Shown one piece after another: positions 10,838-20,589 of a stretch of DNA of 64,000 nucleotides (position 1 is its first letter; the number at the start of each line of letters is the position of its first letter). Origin of the DNA: Nitrososphaerota archaeon (lineage in GTDB: Archaea > Thermoproteota > EX4484-205 > JAAOZP01); the NCBI GenBank assembly GCA_011605725.1, contig JAAOZP010000004.1, positions 160,001 to 224,000 of the forward strand. Reading direction: 5' to 3'. The notes beneath the pieces were generated by a model. The model saw only the letters and a program-made list of their open reading frames with translations. It did not search any database and was not told where the DNA came from. A program made the position numbers and the translations under genes.

Positions 10838-11290
10838 TTACTGCTTTCCCCTCCGGGACGAGAACACTGCCTCCGTGCCCAAATAGGAGTTTAAACCCTC
10901 TGAAGTCAACAGGATGAATACGATGCAGGTACTCAACACCCCGGTTAGCAGATTTACTAGATGAGGCATCATCCTTATGACAATGGTTTCGGAATCAATC
11001 TTTCCGGACGATATTTCAGAGAGAAACGGGATGAAACCGTAGAAAGTGGAAAATACCCCTAGGACTGCGAAAACCGTGAAAACAAGCAGGGAAACTGAGA
11101 ACGTTATTATTCCCCGCAGCCTGTAAAACATTATGATGAGAATAATGCAAAGGAATATGAGCAGCAAGTCACCAATCATCCACTTTTTAAAGAAATACGC
11201 TTTCAGAAGCCAAGAGACAAGCCAGGAAACCATTATTGCTGAAATGAATACGGCCACCAATCGGAGCTCCATGGGTTTCTGCTGGGACAA
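10838..11290 (-). CDS. Hypothetical membrane protein (about 4 TM)
   Basis: Four hydrophobic segments. Confidence 0.55.
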   Translation of the reverse strand: MSQQKPMELRLVAVFISAIMVSWLVSWLLKAYFFKKWMIGDLLLIFLCIILIIMFYRLRGIITFSVSLLVFTVFAVLGVFSTFYGFIPFLSEISSGKIDSETIVIRMMPHLVNLLTGVLSTCIVFILLTSEGLNSYLGTEAVFSSRRGKQ

Positions 11291-11444
11291 CCCCCGTTTA
11301 ACAGTATGAACGTTTTAAATAAAAGGTTTTCTTTAATTCGAATAAAACACTTGAAGGAACATAGCATTTTTCACATTCCCCTAGTTTCAGCAATGCTTGG
11401 AGAAAAGGAAAGGTTAATTTTACCAACCATCTCGGATTAAAGCA

Positions 11445-12587
11445 ATGAGAAAAAGGGCGCTTGAAGCTATAAGCCTTAAGCGGGTGGAAGCGCTTCTTCT
11501 CTCCGGAGCCCCGACTAGCGATGAAAGACTCGTTGAAAAGCTGACCGGAGTTAAAATCCATGGGAAAGACCAGAAGGAGAGGATGAAAGCAGTATTTGAA
11601 GCTTTAGACGTTGACCTGTTCTACCAGCTTGGAGTTAATTTAAACGTTGTATGGAGCGATATGAAGCCCAGGTTGATTGAAGGTTTTTTCGAAGACTTAA
11701 GAGAAGACTTTCCATTCACCGATGCTTTCCACGTGGCTTATAAAAACCTTAGGCTTAGAAGAACGGAAACAGCCTCACAGCTCTGGGTTTTGGAAAGACC
11801 TTTTAAAAACTATGAGGAACTGCTAAGCTATCTTAAGAATTATGATCCTCGCGAGCATGAGCCGAGGTCGACGAGTGAAATAGCTGACGAGTATGAGATG
11901 GTGTTTCAAGAATACCAGGAGTTGCTCGGCGAAACAACTTTGTATGCTGGAGAATTTTACTTAACACTCTTCACGTATCTAGATATTCACATCGGTTTGC
12001 AAATGATAGCTAGGCTGAGCCGTCAAAACCCAGATGCTTTAGACGAGCTCGTCTCCAAGTATGCTCAAGTAGCTAGAAAACATGTTGAAGCCTGGTCTAG
12101 AACCGGGATAAAAGTTTTCGTTTCGCATGACGACGTGGCTTGGAGAAACGGCTTATTCTTCCCGGCAGAATGGTTCAGGAAGCATGTTGTAAAATGGTGG
12201 AAGCATATTTGGGAGCCTGTTAAAGATAAGGATATAAAACTGATCTTTGTTTCAGACGGGGATTATAGAGGCATAATGGAGGACCTGGTTGAAATAGGCG
12301 TCGACGGCTTTCACGTAGAATGGGACCCGAGGTTTTCACGGAGAGACGTTGAAAAGCTTATGGAGAAATACGGTTGTGAAAAGATATTCCTCCTCCACCC
12401 GAGTTACGAGGTATTGTCGCATGGAAGTGTTTCGGATGTGGAGGAGGAGGCGAGATGGTTCACCACCCTGGCTAGAAAATATCCTGCAATATTTTTTGCA
12501 GGAACCCCGCCCAGTAATCCTGTAAACGAGGAAGTCTTTCTTAGAGCATGGTTTTCTGAAAGACATACTCATTTTAAGCAAGTGTAA
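11445..12587 (+). CDS. Uroporphyrinogen decarboxylase (URO-D/MtaA-like) family protein
   Basis: HDDVAWRNG..FFPAEWFRKHV, FVSDGD..MEDLVEIGVDGFH. Confidence 0.7.
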   Translation: MRKRALEAISLKRVEALLLSGAPTSDERLVEKLTGVKIHGKDQKERMKAVFEALDVDLFYQLGVNLNVVWSDMKPRLIEGFFEDLREDFPFTDAFHVAYKNLRLRRTETASQLWVLERPFKNYEELLSYLKNYDPREHEPRSTSEIADEYEMVFQEYQELLGETTLYAGEFYLTLFTYLDIHIGLQMIARLSRQNPDALDELVSKYAQVARKHVEAWSRTGIKVFVSHDDVAWRNGLFFPAEWFRKHVVKWWKHIWEPVKDKDIKLIFVSDGDYRGIMEDLVEIGVDGFHVEWDPRFSRRDVEKLMEKYGCEKIFLLHPSYEVLSHGSVSDVEEEARWFTTLARKYPAIFFAGTPPSNPVNEEVFLRAWFSERHTHFKQV

Positions 12588-12698
12588 AGAGCATTGAAGA
12601 AAAGCCACTCTGATGCACGCTATTTTTAATCGATCGGAAGCAGGAAACAGTGAGAATTAAGCTTTTAAGCCTGAGCACGGATCATAATACTGATTAAA

Positions 12699-13040
12699 AT
12701 GTGGAGGGTTATAGATTCCGAAACCATTCCTTTCACGCCTTATCCTAAGGGGGTTTCAAGCATAAAGAGGATTGTTGAAAAGGAGAAGATTGGAACCCAG
12801 CGTATTAGTGGATTCGGCCTAATCCAAGTACCTCCAGGAGGCTCCTTCGGCCCTCATGAGCATCCTGAAAGAGAAGAAATATACTACGTCCTCTCCAGCT
12901 CTGGAACACTCATAGTTGGCGATAAGGAGATTCCCGTCAAGGAAGGGCTGACCCTTTACGTTTCAGGAGAAGAACCTCACGGAATAAGGAACCAAGGTGA
13001 TAAGCCGCTCCTCGTAGTCTTCGTAACCGTCTATAAGTAG
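12699..13040 (+). CDS. Cupin domain protein
   Basis: HEHPEREEIYYVLSSSG and EPHGIRN cupin motifs. Confidence 0.88.
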   Translation: MWRVIDSETIPFTPYPKGVSSIKRIVEKEKIGTQRISGFGLIQVPPGGSFGPHEHPEREEIYYVLSSSGTLIVGDKEIPVKEGLTLYVSGEEPHGIRNQGDKPLLVVFVTVYK

Positions 13041-13065
13041 TTAAACCCAGTAGAGGCTGAGCAGA

Positions 13066-14091
13066 ATGAAGGCACTAGTATACCGTGATTTCAACGATTT
13101 CAAGTGGGAGGAGGTGGAAACCCCTGTCATCGGTCCAGACGAGATCCTGGTGAGGGTGATGGCCTGCGGCCTCTGTTCCACAGACGTTTGGAAAGCAATG
13201 TATCATGAAGCTAAGCCAGGCATGGTGCTTGGACACGAGGTCTCTGGAGAATTGGTGGAAACCGGTTTAAACGTTGCAAACCTGAGAATTGGCGACAGGG
13301 TTGCGGTGTTCCACCGTGCTGAATGCGGAGCATGCTACTATTGTAAGCATGGTGATGAAACGCTTTGCAGCGAGTACCGTCGACAGTCGATTTTCCCAGG
13401 CGCCTTCGCAGAGTATATTCGTGTCACCCCGAGGCTTGTGCAAAAATCCGTTGTTAAAATCCCGGATGAGATGACGTATGAAGAGGCTACGATGATAGAG
13501 CCTACAGCCTGCTGCGTAAGGGCTGTTTCAAAATGCGGAATATCTGTGGACGATAGTGTTCTGATCATCGGCGACGGCCCCATGGCTATGCTTAACGCTC
13601 AAGTCTCAAAGTCAGCTGGGGCCCTTGTGATTCTAAGCGGCCACCATGATTCCCGTGTCGAACCAGCCTTAAGACTCGGGGCAGACTATGCGTTCAACTC
13701 TAAAAAAATCAGCATTAGAGAGAAAGTGTTAGAGTTAACAGGAGGACGCGGGGCTGATGTAGTTATCGTTGCAGTCTCATCCACAGACGCTGTTCAACAA
13801 TCCTTGAAACTGGTTCGAGAAGGAGGCAAGATATGCGTTTTCGGCGATTTCAGAGATGTTCCCCAGCCTAGTCTCAGCCTAGATCTTAAACCAGTTGTTC
13901 ACAACGGTGTGAAAATCCTGGGAAGCTGGGGCTGCTCAACCAAGGATTATCACGCTGCATTCAACCTGTTGAAGAACAGGAAGGTAAGAGTTAAAGAAAT
14001 GATAACACACAGGTTCCCGCTGGAAAGGTTCACGGAGGCTCTTAACGTGTTCCTGAGTAAGGACTGTTTAAAGATCGTTCTTCACCCTTAA
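13066..14091 (+). CDS. Zinc-dependent alcohol/polyol dehydrogenase (MDR family)
   Basis: CGLCSTD, GHE, CGACYYC..C, ITHRFPL. Confidence 0.9.
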   Translation: MKALVYRDFNDFKWEEVETPVIGPDEILVRVMACGLCSTDVWKAMYHEAKPGMVLGHEVSGELVETGLNVANLRIGDRVAVFHRAECGACYYCKHGDETLCSEYRRQSIFPGAFAEYIRVTPRLVQKSVVKIPDEMTYEEATMIEPTACCVRAVSKCGISVDDSVLIIGDGPMAMLNAQVSKSAGALVILSGHHDSRVEPALRLGADYAFNSKKISIREKVLELTGGRGADVVIVAVSSTDAVQQSLKLVREGGKICVFGDFRDVPQPSLSLDLKPVVHNGVKILGSWGCSTKDYHAAFNLLKNRKVRVKEMITHRFPLERFTEALNVFLSKDCLKIVLHP

Positions 14092-14186
14092 CATTGTCAA
14101 CAGTGAGGAGTGTTTTTGAAACACTTAATAATTACCTGCAGGATTTTTAAACGTTTTTAAATAGAATACGCGTAAACGGAGAATAA

Positions 14187-15596
14187 ATGGGAAAACATGG
14201 TTTCCCACATCGAGAGCTCTATGCTCCAGGACACTTCGGAAACTCGTATGAGGTTGCTGGTCGCTTCGAAATGAGTGATATTCTGGCTGAAGCAAAATGG
14301 TGGGGGTTCAACTGGTATGGCGACTGGTTTGACACCGTAAACCTGACTAAAGCATCCCGTCTTCCTCCAATCGTATCCCACTGCTGGCTGACCAAGGTGC
14401 TCTGGGAAAACAAGAAAGCCCACTTTGAAGAAGCGCGGAGACTAGGGTTTAAGCTTGACCTACTAGTCACTCCGAACCATGTTTATGCAGACCAGGTTTC
14501 CAATGAGATTCTAGCCAAGGATGTTTCAGACAAGCAGGCGGAGCTTCGCAAGATCCGGTTCTTCGGCCACCTGGTATGCCCATCGATTCCCAATGCTCGA
14601 AGAATCATCCTGGAAAACTATGACGAGTTGTTCAAAGATTTAGCTAAGAGCGGTATAAACCTTGATGCGGTTACATATGCTGCTTACGATTTCGGCGGCT
14701 GCGCATGCCGAAAATGCAACCCATGGATCGTGACTTTCGCGGAACTGTGTAGGGAGATACATGATGTTGCTGCTAAATATTTCCCGCGTGTTGAAATGAG
14801 GTTTTGCTGCTGGTGGTGGGATTCTAAGGATCATAATCTTTTCGCCGACTGGGTTGATAAACATATTCCGGGTGAGGTTAAAGGCATGGCTCTATGGATA
14901 AAATACGACGAGGATAAGCCGGCGAGCGTACCGCCCGGTAGGCTTCCAGAAGAATGCGGGGAAGCATACTTCATTCATGTTGGGTATTCAGATGACAGGG
15001 CTGACAACGATGTTTACGGACAGTGGGGACCTGTGGTTGCTCCAAACCGGATACCTAGGACGCTGGAGAATCTGAAAAAAGCCAGGGGCGAAGGCTTCAT
15101 GGCTTATTCCGAGGGCATATTTGACGATGTTAACAAGGCGATTCTAGGTGGTTTAAGCAGTGGAAAGTTTTCAACAGTGCGAGAGGTTCTTGAAGAGTAT
15201 GCGAGAAGATACTTCGAAGCAGAGGGCCGGACGGTGGAAGATTGGGCAGAATGGATCCTTCAATGGGGGAAACCTGGCTCAGTGAACCTGGGGAAGGCGC
15301 GGCGCGTTTTCAGCCGGCTGGCGTCTAAGGCTCCGGACACATGGAGACTGAACCACTTTGCATCCAAAATAAGGCTGTTCGAGTTGAATAGAAAGTTGAT
15401 GAAGAAGGGAACCTGGACCCCTAGGCGCCTAGCCATGGTTGAAGCATTCTTAAGAGAACGCGAGGCTTTACGAAGAAAGATCTACGGACTGGCTCCACTG
15501 TACGAGCCTGTTTTCACAACGATTGTTGGAGAGCCAAACTGGTATCGGGAGCTTAAGGCAGCTAACACTTTTCTCAATAGGGCTTCTAATTTTTGA
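14187..15596 (+). CDS. Hypothetical protein, possibly glycoside-hydrolase-like TIM barrel
   Basis: Long ORF; VCPS, DFGGCACRKC, YSEG; family not identified. Confidence 0.6.
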   Translation: MGKHGFPHRELYAPGHFGNSYEVAGRFEMSDILAEAKWWGFNWYGDWFDTVNLTKASRLPPIVSHCWLTKVLWENKKAHFEEARRLGFKLDLLVTPNHVYADQVSNEILAKDVSDKQAELRKIRFFGHLVCPSIPNARRIILENYDELFKDLAKSGINLDAVTYAAYDFGGCACRKCNPWIVTFAELCREIHDVAAKYFPRVEMRFCCWWWDSKDHNLFADWVDKHIPGEVKGMALWIKYDEDKPASVPPGRLPEECGEAYFIHVGYSDDRADNDVYGQWGPVVAPNRIPRTLENLKKARGEGFMAYSEGIFDDVNKAILGGLSSGKFSTVREVLEEYARRYFEAEGRTVEDWAEWILQWGKPGSVNLGKARRVFSRLASKAPDTWRLNHFASKIRLFELNRKLMKKGTWTPRRLAMVEAFLREREALRRKIYGLAPLYEPVFTTIVGEPNWYRELKAANTFLNRASNF

Positions 15597-15750
15597 AGCG
15601 CAGAGGATAGAAAGAACTATCTGGGTTTGAGAAAATACGAGTTCCACCAGTTCTAGTATGAGAAAGAGTTTTCTCTTCTGAATGAGTTTTTAAACAAAAA
15701 ATGGGAAATCGTATTCGCGCGCTAAAAGCATTAATAGTAGTTATTATGGC

Positions 15751-16167
15751 TTGGTCTCCATGGTTCTTAGCGTAATAGAGGTGAGTTCAACATCTAGGCA
15801 ACAGTTTATCGACATTACTGACAGAGTTGAGGGAGTTGTTAATAAGAGTGGTGTTAAAAATGGCGTGTGCTTTCTCTACGTTCCGCACACAACCGCAGGC
15901 ATAACTATAAACGAGAATGCTGATCCGAGTGTAGTCACAGATATTATTGAGACTCTTGAACGCGTAATACCTTTAGACGGACGTTACAGACATTTAGAGG
16001 GGAATGCTCATGCTCACATAAAGTCCAGCATACTCGGACACTCGGCCTGCGTGTTGATTGAAGACGGTAGGCTCATGCTCGGGACATGGCAAGGCGTGTT
16101 CCTATGTGAATTCGATGGGCCGAGGAGGAGGAAAGTCTTAGTTAAAATAATCGAGGAAAAGGTTTGA
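15751..16167 (+). CDS. yjbQ: YjbQ/UPF0047 family protein
   Basis: [38 protein letters not shown]. Confidence 0.92.
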   Translation: MVSMVLSVIEVSSTSRQQFIDITDRVEGVVNKSGVKNGVCFLYVPHTTAGITINENADPSVVTDIIETLERVIPLDGRYRHLEGNAHAHIKSSILGHSACVLIEDGRLMLGTWQGVFLCEFDGPRRRKVLVKIIEEKV

Positions 16168-16363
16168 GTCTAGAACAGGCAGGGATTGTAGCAGTGCGCG
16201 CAGTTAACGTTTCCATGAGTCTCGAAAGCATAAGGATTTGAGATAGCGAGAGAGAAACATAGTTCATCCCACTACCTTGACTCTTATCGCAAGCTTTCTG
16301 GTGAGTACTGGAGCGTCAGGATTGTAGAGCCGGAGAAACTCTAAAAGCTCGATTCTTCCTTTT

Positions 16364-17155
16364 CTAATCCGCGTTTCTAAACCTAATCGGAACATATTCG
16401 CCGGCGAAAGGCCTGCTTCTCCGTTCGCACCCTTCCCTCGGGCAATACTTGCAGGCGACGTACTCGTTTAACGTTGCAGCGAACACGCCGGAGACAGATT
16501 TCCTTGGAACCATCAGGCAGCTGGACGTTAGGCGGACACCTATGTTTTTCAGCGGGTTCAAGATGCTGAACAGCACTCTCTGCTGCTCGATTCCGAAAAG
16601 CCTGCCGGAGCCTGTGCCGGGCCCGAAGCCAGAAACCGGGACCCCCAGCCTGTTCTCGACGAGGCGTCTCAGCTGAACACTGGCCTTGCTCAAAGCGTAG
16701 TCTCCCACTTTTTCCAAGACGAATGCTTCAAAAACGTTTGACACCCCCAGCCTGGAGGCCTCCTCCTCGAGTCTAGACCCTATGGTGACCACGTAGAGTG
16801 CAACCTCCTGTCCCCGGGTCAGAACATCCCCGAGCACGATGCTTTTCAAAGTGTGACCACTCTCCAAGGTAACCTCGTCACCCTCTATGCTCACAACCCT
16901 GGTGAACGCGTATACTGCTCTGGGCTCTATAAGGCTACGGCACTTATCCACGAGCGATTCCATCCCTCCCACCCTGTCCCTAAGCCTTCCTACCAGTATG
17001 CCCCTTAGAACCTCCTCCGTCACGATTTCGACAGCAATAGGGTTAACGACCTCTATAGACAGAGGGTTGTTCCGCCGGCTGCGCATATCTCGCTCCGGAT
17101 CGGGTGCTAGATAAAGTTTTGCGGCACATGAAGCATTAGCCTCCCCATCTTCCAC
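16364..17155 (-). CDS. Stand-alone B12-dependent methionine synthase activation-domain-like protein (true start probably later)
   Basis: YVVTIG, FGPG.G, QQRVLF, IGVRLTSSCLMVPRKSVSG, CKYCPREGC. Confidence 0.75.
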   Translation of the reverse strand: MEDGEANASCAAKLYLAPDPERDMRSRRNNPLSIEVVNPIAVEIVTEEVLRGILVGRLRDRVGGMESLVDKCRSLIEPRAVYAFTRVVSIEGDEVTLESGHTLKSIVLGDVLTRGQEVALYVVTIGSRLEEEASRLGVSNVFEAFVLEKVGDYALSKASVQLRRLVENRLGVPVSGFGPGTGSGRLFGIEQQRVLFSILNPLKNIGVRLTSSCLMVPRKSVSGVFAATLNEYVACKYCPREGCERRSRPFAGEYVPIRFRNAD

Positions 17156-17358
17156 ATACTGTTGACTGAGGCTTTCAAACGAGATCTCCTCAATTCTTAA
17201 AGAATGGTTTGGAACAGTTTACCTTAAGCCGCATCAAGCGCACTGTAGATGCGCATGCTAAACTTTTAAACAGCAGAGCACGCTCTCCCAGAAGAATAAC
17301 ACCTCTCAGAGCAATATTAAGCACAACCCGCTTAATAAACGGACGCTAGCGTGCGCTC

Positions 17359-17740
17359 ATGCCTCACGTTGAGATCGTCAACATAGTTATTCCGGGAGTT
17401 AACGATGACGAGGAGTGTTTAAGATGGTTGATCGAAAGGCATGTTGGGAAGCTTGGAACCTGATACGCCCCTTCACTTTACTCGTTACCATCATGAATAC
17501 AAGTTTAAACTTCTCCTAAAACCCGTGAAAACATTATAAAAAGCAAGAGAGCTAGCAGGGTCTATGGGAGTATTATTCTCCTGAATAGCGAATGTTCCGG
17601 GACACAAATATGAGAACACCTGGTGTCCTAGATGCGGAGAACTGTTAATAAAATGTTGGAGGTTCACTGTAGCAGGTAATAAGATGACTCTAGAGAGTAA
17701 ATGCCTGGATTTCGGCTTTAAGACGCCGGTAGACAAAATA
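17359..17740 (+). pseudogene. C-terminal fragment of AmmeMemoRadiSam-type radical SAM enzyme
   Basis: HVEIVNIVIPGVNDD, PDTPLHFTRY, NVPGHKYENTWCPRCGELLI; one frameshift and two stops; starts at motif 17347. Confidence 0.8.
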
Positions 17741-17744
17741 AACG

Positions 17745-17780
17745 TTTACCAGGGTTATACTTATATATAACCTAGGTAAA
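17745..17780. promoter_or_regulatory. Inverted-repeat operator over the TATA box of the AbiE operon
   Basis: TTTACCAGGGTTATA-N6-TATAACCTAGGTAAA, arms match at 13/15. Confidence 0.6.
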
Positions 17781-18430
17781 TGATACTCATGTCTCATAAA
17801 ATACCTCTCGCCAAAATATTAAAAGGCAAGCTTTTTCATGTCGCAGAGTTGCAGGATTTAATGATTATTGAGCTTTCTAAAAGCTTCGATTTCATTCTTC
17901 ATGGTGGTACCGCTGTATGGAGAATCTACGGTGGAAAAAGGTTTTCGTATGACGTAGATGTTTATCATAATAATCCGGATGAATTGGCTAGCCATTTTTC
18001 TTCAACAAGATTGTTCAAAGTGCTTAAGTCAAAAATTACACCTTCAAAAGTTCTTTATCTCAAGATAGGGAATGATGCGATCATTGAACTAGAGGCTTCT
18101 CCTACTCCCCGAAGTATTAAAGTTGTCGAAGCAAATTTTTGGCTTGTAGACGGGAGTAGCATGGTTGTGGTTACTCTCCCGCCTGAAAGCCTTTTGAGAG
18201 AGAAAGTGAACGCATTTGTAAACCGTAGGTCTGCTAAAGACCTGTACGACATATTCTATTTACTAGATTTATGTGACAAGAGTAAGATTGTTAAAGACGT
18301 AGAGAAAATAATTCCTCTCTTGAGAACTGAACCTAAGGATTTCGCAGGATTACCGGAGTTAATCCTAGTAGGTAAGTCTCCAAGTTTTGAGACGATTGTG
18401 AGGAAGGTGGAAACTTATGCCACGGGTTAA
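17780..18430 (+). CDS. AbiEii/AbiGii nucleotidyltransferase toxin (type IV TA)
   Basis: HGGTAVWRIYGGKRFSYDVD, EKVNAF..R..KDLYDI. Confidence 0.88.
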   Translation: MILMSHKIPLAKILKGKLFHVAELQDLMIIELSKSFDFILHGGTAVWRIYGGKRFSYDVDVYHNNPDELASHFSSTRLFKVLKSKITPSKVLYLKIGNDAIIELEASPTPRSIKVVEANFWLVDGSSMVVVTLPPESLLREKVNAFVNRRSAKDLYDIFYLLDLCDKSKIVKDVEKIIPLLRTEPKDFAGLPELILVGKSPSFETIVRKVETYATG

Positions 18431-19022
18431 GTATGATTCCTTTCTTAAAAAGCTTCAGACGACCAGCATGTTTACTTTTAAGACTGTTGAAAGCAAAGTT
18501 GGAAAAAGTTATGCAAAGGTATTGCTGCATAACTTAAAGAAAAAGGGGTTAGTGATAGAGTTGGTTAAAGGAGTGTATACTTTTAAAAAATCTCCGTACA
18601 TGTTTGCCAAAGCTATTCCCAAGTCCTATGTAGGCTTAGGAAGCGCTGCTTTTCTACATGGTCTTTGGGAACAAGTATCTAGGATCACAATTCTTTCTCC
18701 TTATGCTTCTCTGAAAGCCAGAGTAGGCGAGAGAGAAATCTCCGGCTTTAAAGTTGTTTTAAGGAAGATTTCTGAAAAAATGTTCTTCGGATACGAGCTC
18801 AAATACATGGAAGAAATAGGAGAATGGATAAGGGTTTCTGACCCTGAGAAAACGCTCATAGACCTTGTCTACTTCAACTACCCATTTAAAAAAGAGATAG
18901 TTCCTAAGCTCTTAGAGATTGTTGACAATGGGAAAGTCATGGAATACATGAGAGTGATGAAGCTGAGAAGGGTTAGAGGGTGGGTGAAAATTCTAAGAGA
19001 AATAAAGCCATACTTAAACTAG
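18417..19022 (+). CDS. AbiEi-like antitoxin / transcriptional regulator
   Basis: N-terminal wHTH (KGLVIELVKGVY), SYVGLGSAAFLHGL..Q, VSDPEKTLIDL. Confidence 0.85.
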   Translation: MPRVKYDSFLKKLQTTSMFTFKTVESKVGKSYAKVLLHNLKKKGLVIELVKGVYTFKKSPYMFAKAIPKSYVGLGSAAFLHGLWEQVSRITILSPYASLKARVGEREISGFKVVLRKISEKMFFGYELKYMEEIGEWIRVSDPEKTLIDLVYFNYPFKKEIVPKLLEIVDNGKVMEYMRVMKLRRVRGWVKILREIKPYLN

Positions 19023-19277
19023 TTTGAAAAACACGATAAATATTTTCATTCAGGCTCTTCGCTTAAAAAGGGATTCGTTCTTTTCTCCTTGCCGATGCTT
19101 GAAAAAGGTCCGTGACCAGCGTAACCGAAGTATCATCAGCCTATTCCTTATGTAGGGGACTATTTCTTCGAAAGATCCCCGAGAAGGTCGGTAGCGCGCG
19201 CTGCTTTTAATCAACAAATCTTCAAGGACATCAGTTTTTATAAAGCCTTAATAGACTGCTTAAACGCTTGGAAAAAG

Positions 19278-20195
19278 TTGACAAGCCTGGTTGAAACAGT
19301 GCTAGAAATAGTCGTCTCCATTTCCCTAGGGATAGTTCTAAAGCGGCTCTATATTCTCAATGAGTCTATCGGCAGAAAATTGCTGTCACTATCCCTAAAC
19401 ATTCTCCTCCCCCTTATAGTGTTCCACTCCTTTGTGACCGTCAAAATATCTATGAATGAGGCTCTTCTGCCGGTGGTCGGGCTTCTCATAAACCTCTCGC
19501 TCTTAGCCATTGCATATTTAGTGCTGGAGAGTATTGAAATGAGTAATGCTCGAAAAGGAGCTTTCCTACTTGCATGCAGCACTCTGAACATCGGCATAAT
19601 TGGATTGCCTTTCATAAGCCTATTCTTTAATACGGAGGGTGTTGCAACCGCTTCTCTAATAGATATAGGTAACTCCATATACGTTTTCGCCATCGCCTTC
19701 CTAGTCGCCTCACGCTTCAATCCCTCGAAGAGCGAAAGATCTCTGAAAAGCAGCGTTAAAAACCTGTTAGCACAGCCATACATCTTATCTATAATAGCTG
19801 GATCGATTGCCAACCTATTAAGATTAGATTTGCCCCCGCAAGCCAACGAATTAATAACTTTTATATCATTGGTTAACGCTGTAATGATGCTTATTGCAGC
19901 AGGGGTTTTCACCAGGCTTCCAAGGAGAAGCCTTTTACGGGAAATATTCTTATCAATATTTGTAAAAATATTGATTGGAAGCCTAATAGGCTTCGCTTTT
20001 GCAATCTTGCTTCAACTTACTCCGCAAGCAACGGGAGTCATGATAATCGTTGCTTCTCTACCCCCTGCCTTCATGACTCTTGTACATGCTAGTGCTGAAA
20101 ATCTCGACTTAGAGTTTGCCAGCACATTGTTGGGCTCAATGCTCGCCATAGGCATTCCTGTAATAGTTTTCTATGGCTTATTCTTCTCACTCTAA
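19278..20195 (+). CDS. AEC (auxin efflux carrier) family transporter
   Basis: NIGIIGLPF, about 10 TM, SLPPA; bracketed by motifs at 19192 and 20194. Confidence 0.85.
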   Translation: MTSLVETVLEIVVSISLGIVLKRLYILNESIGRKLLSLSLNILLPLIVFHSFVTVKISMNEALLPVVGLLINLSLLAIAYLVLESIEMSNARKGAFLLACSTLNIGIIGLPFISLFFNTEGVATASLIDIGNSIYVFAIAFLVASRFNPSKSERSLKSSVKNLLAQPYILSIIAGSIANLLRLDLPPQANELITFISLVNAVMMLIAAGVFTRLPRRSLLREIFLSIFVKILIGSLIGFAFAILLQLTPQATGVMIIVASLPPAFMTLVHASAENLDLEFASTLLGSMLAIGIPVIVFYGLFFSL

Positions 20196-20370
20196 GCGCA
20201 CGCTATCTGCAACATTAGACACTATGAGGACAAGCCGGTTCAGCAGCAGTGGAAGGCCGAGTCAAAAACGTTCTTAAGGCTTTTTATAAATCTTGAAGGC
20301 AGGGTTCTTAACTGAAGCTGGAATTGGAATCCGCCCGATTCCTAACCATCATAAGTTTTAGCGCGAGCCA

Positions 20371-20443
20371 ACATATAATTATTCACGCTTCTGAGTAAAA
20401 ATTTTCCGCATTTCCAAAATACTATATGGGTGCTTAAAAATAC
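20371..20443 (-). repeat. Diverged inverted copy of the promoter region at about 28893-28965
   Basis: Reverse complement TATTTTTAAGCACCCATA-TAGTATTTTGGAAAT...AAGCGTGAATAAT matches 28893 onward. Confidence 0.8.
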
Positions 20444-20589
20444 TTGATTAGCACGTGCTTTCGGCTGGGTGAGATAATAATCGTGTCTTTCAATCTTTCC
20501 TTTGGATTGACCTCAAGATGGATAAGCGCGCGCCGTCTTTCAGATTTCCTTGTTGAACCTTCTTTTGAAAGAGTTAAGTATCAGTACAG

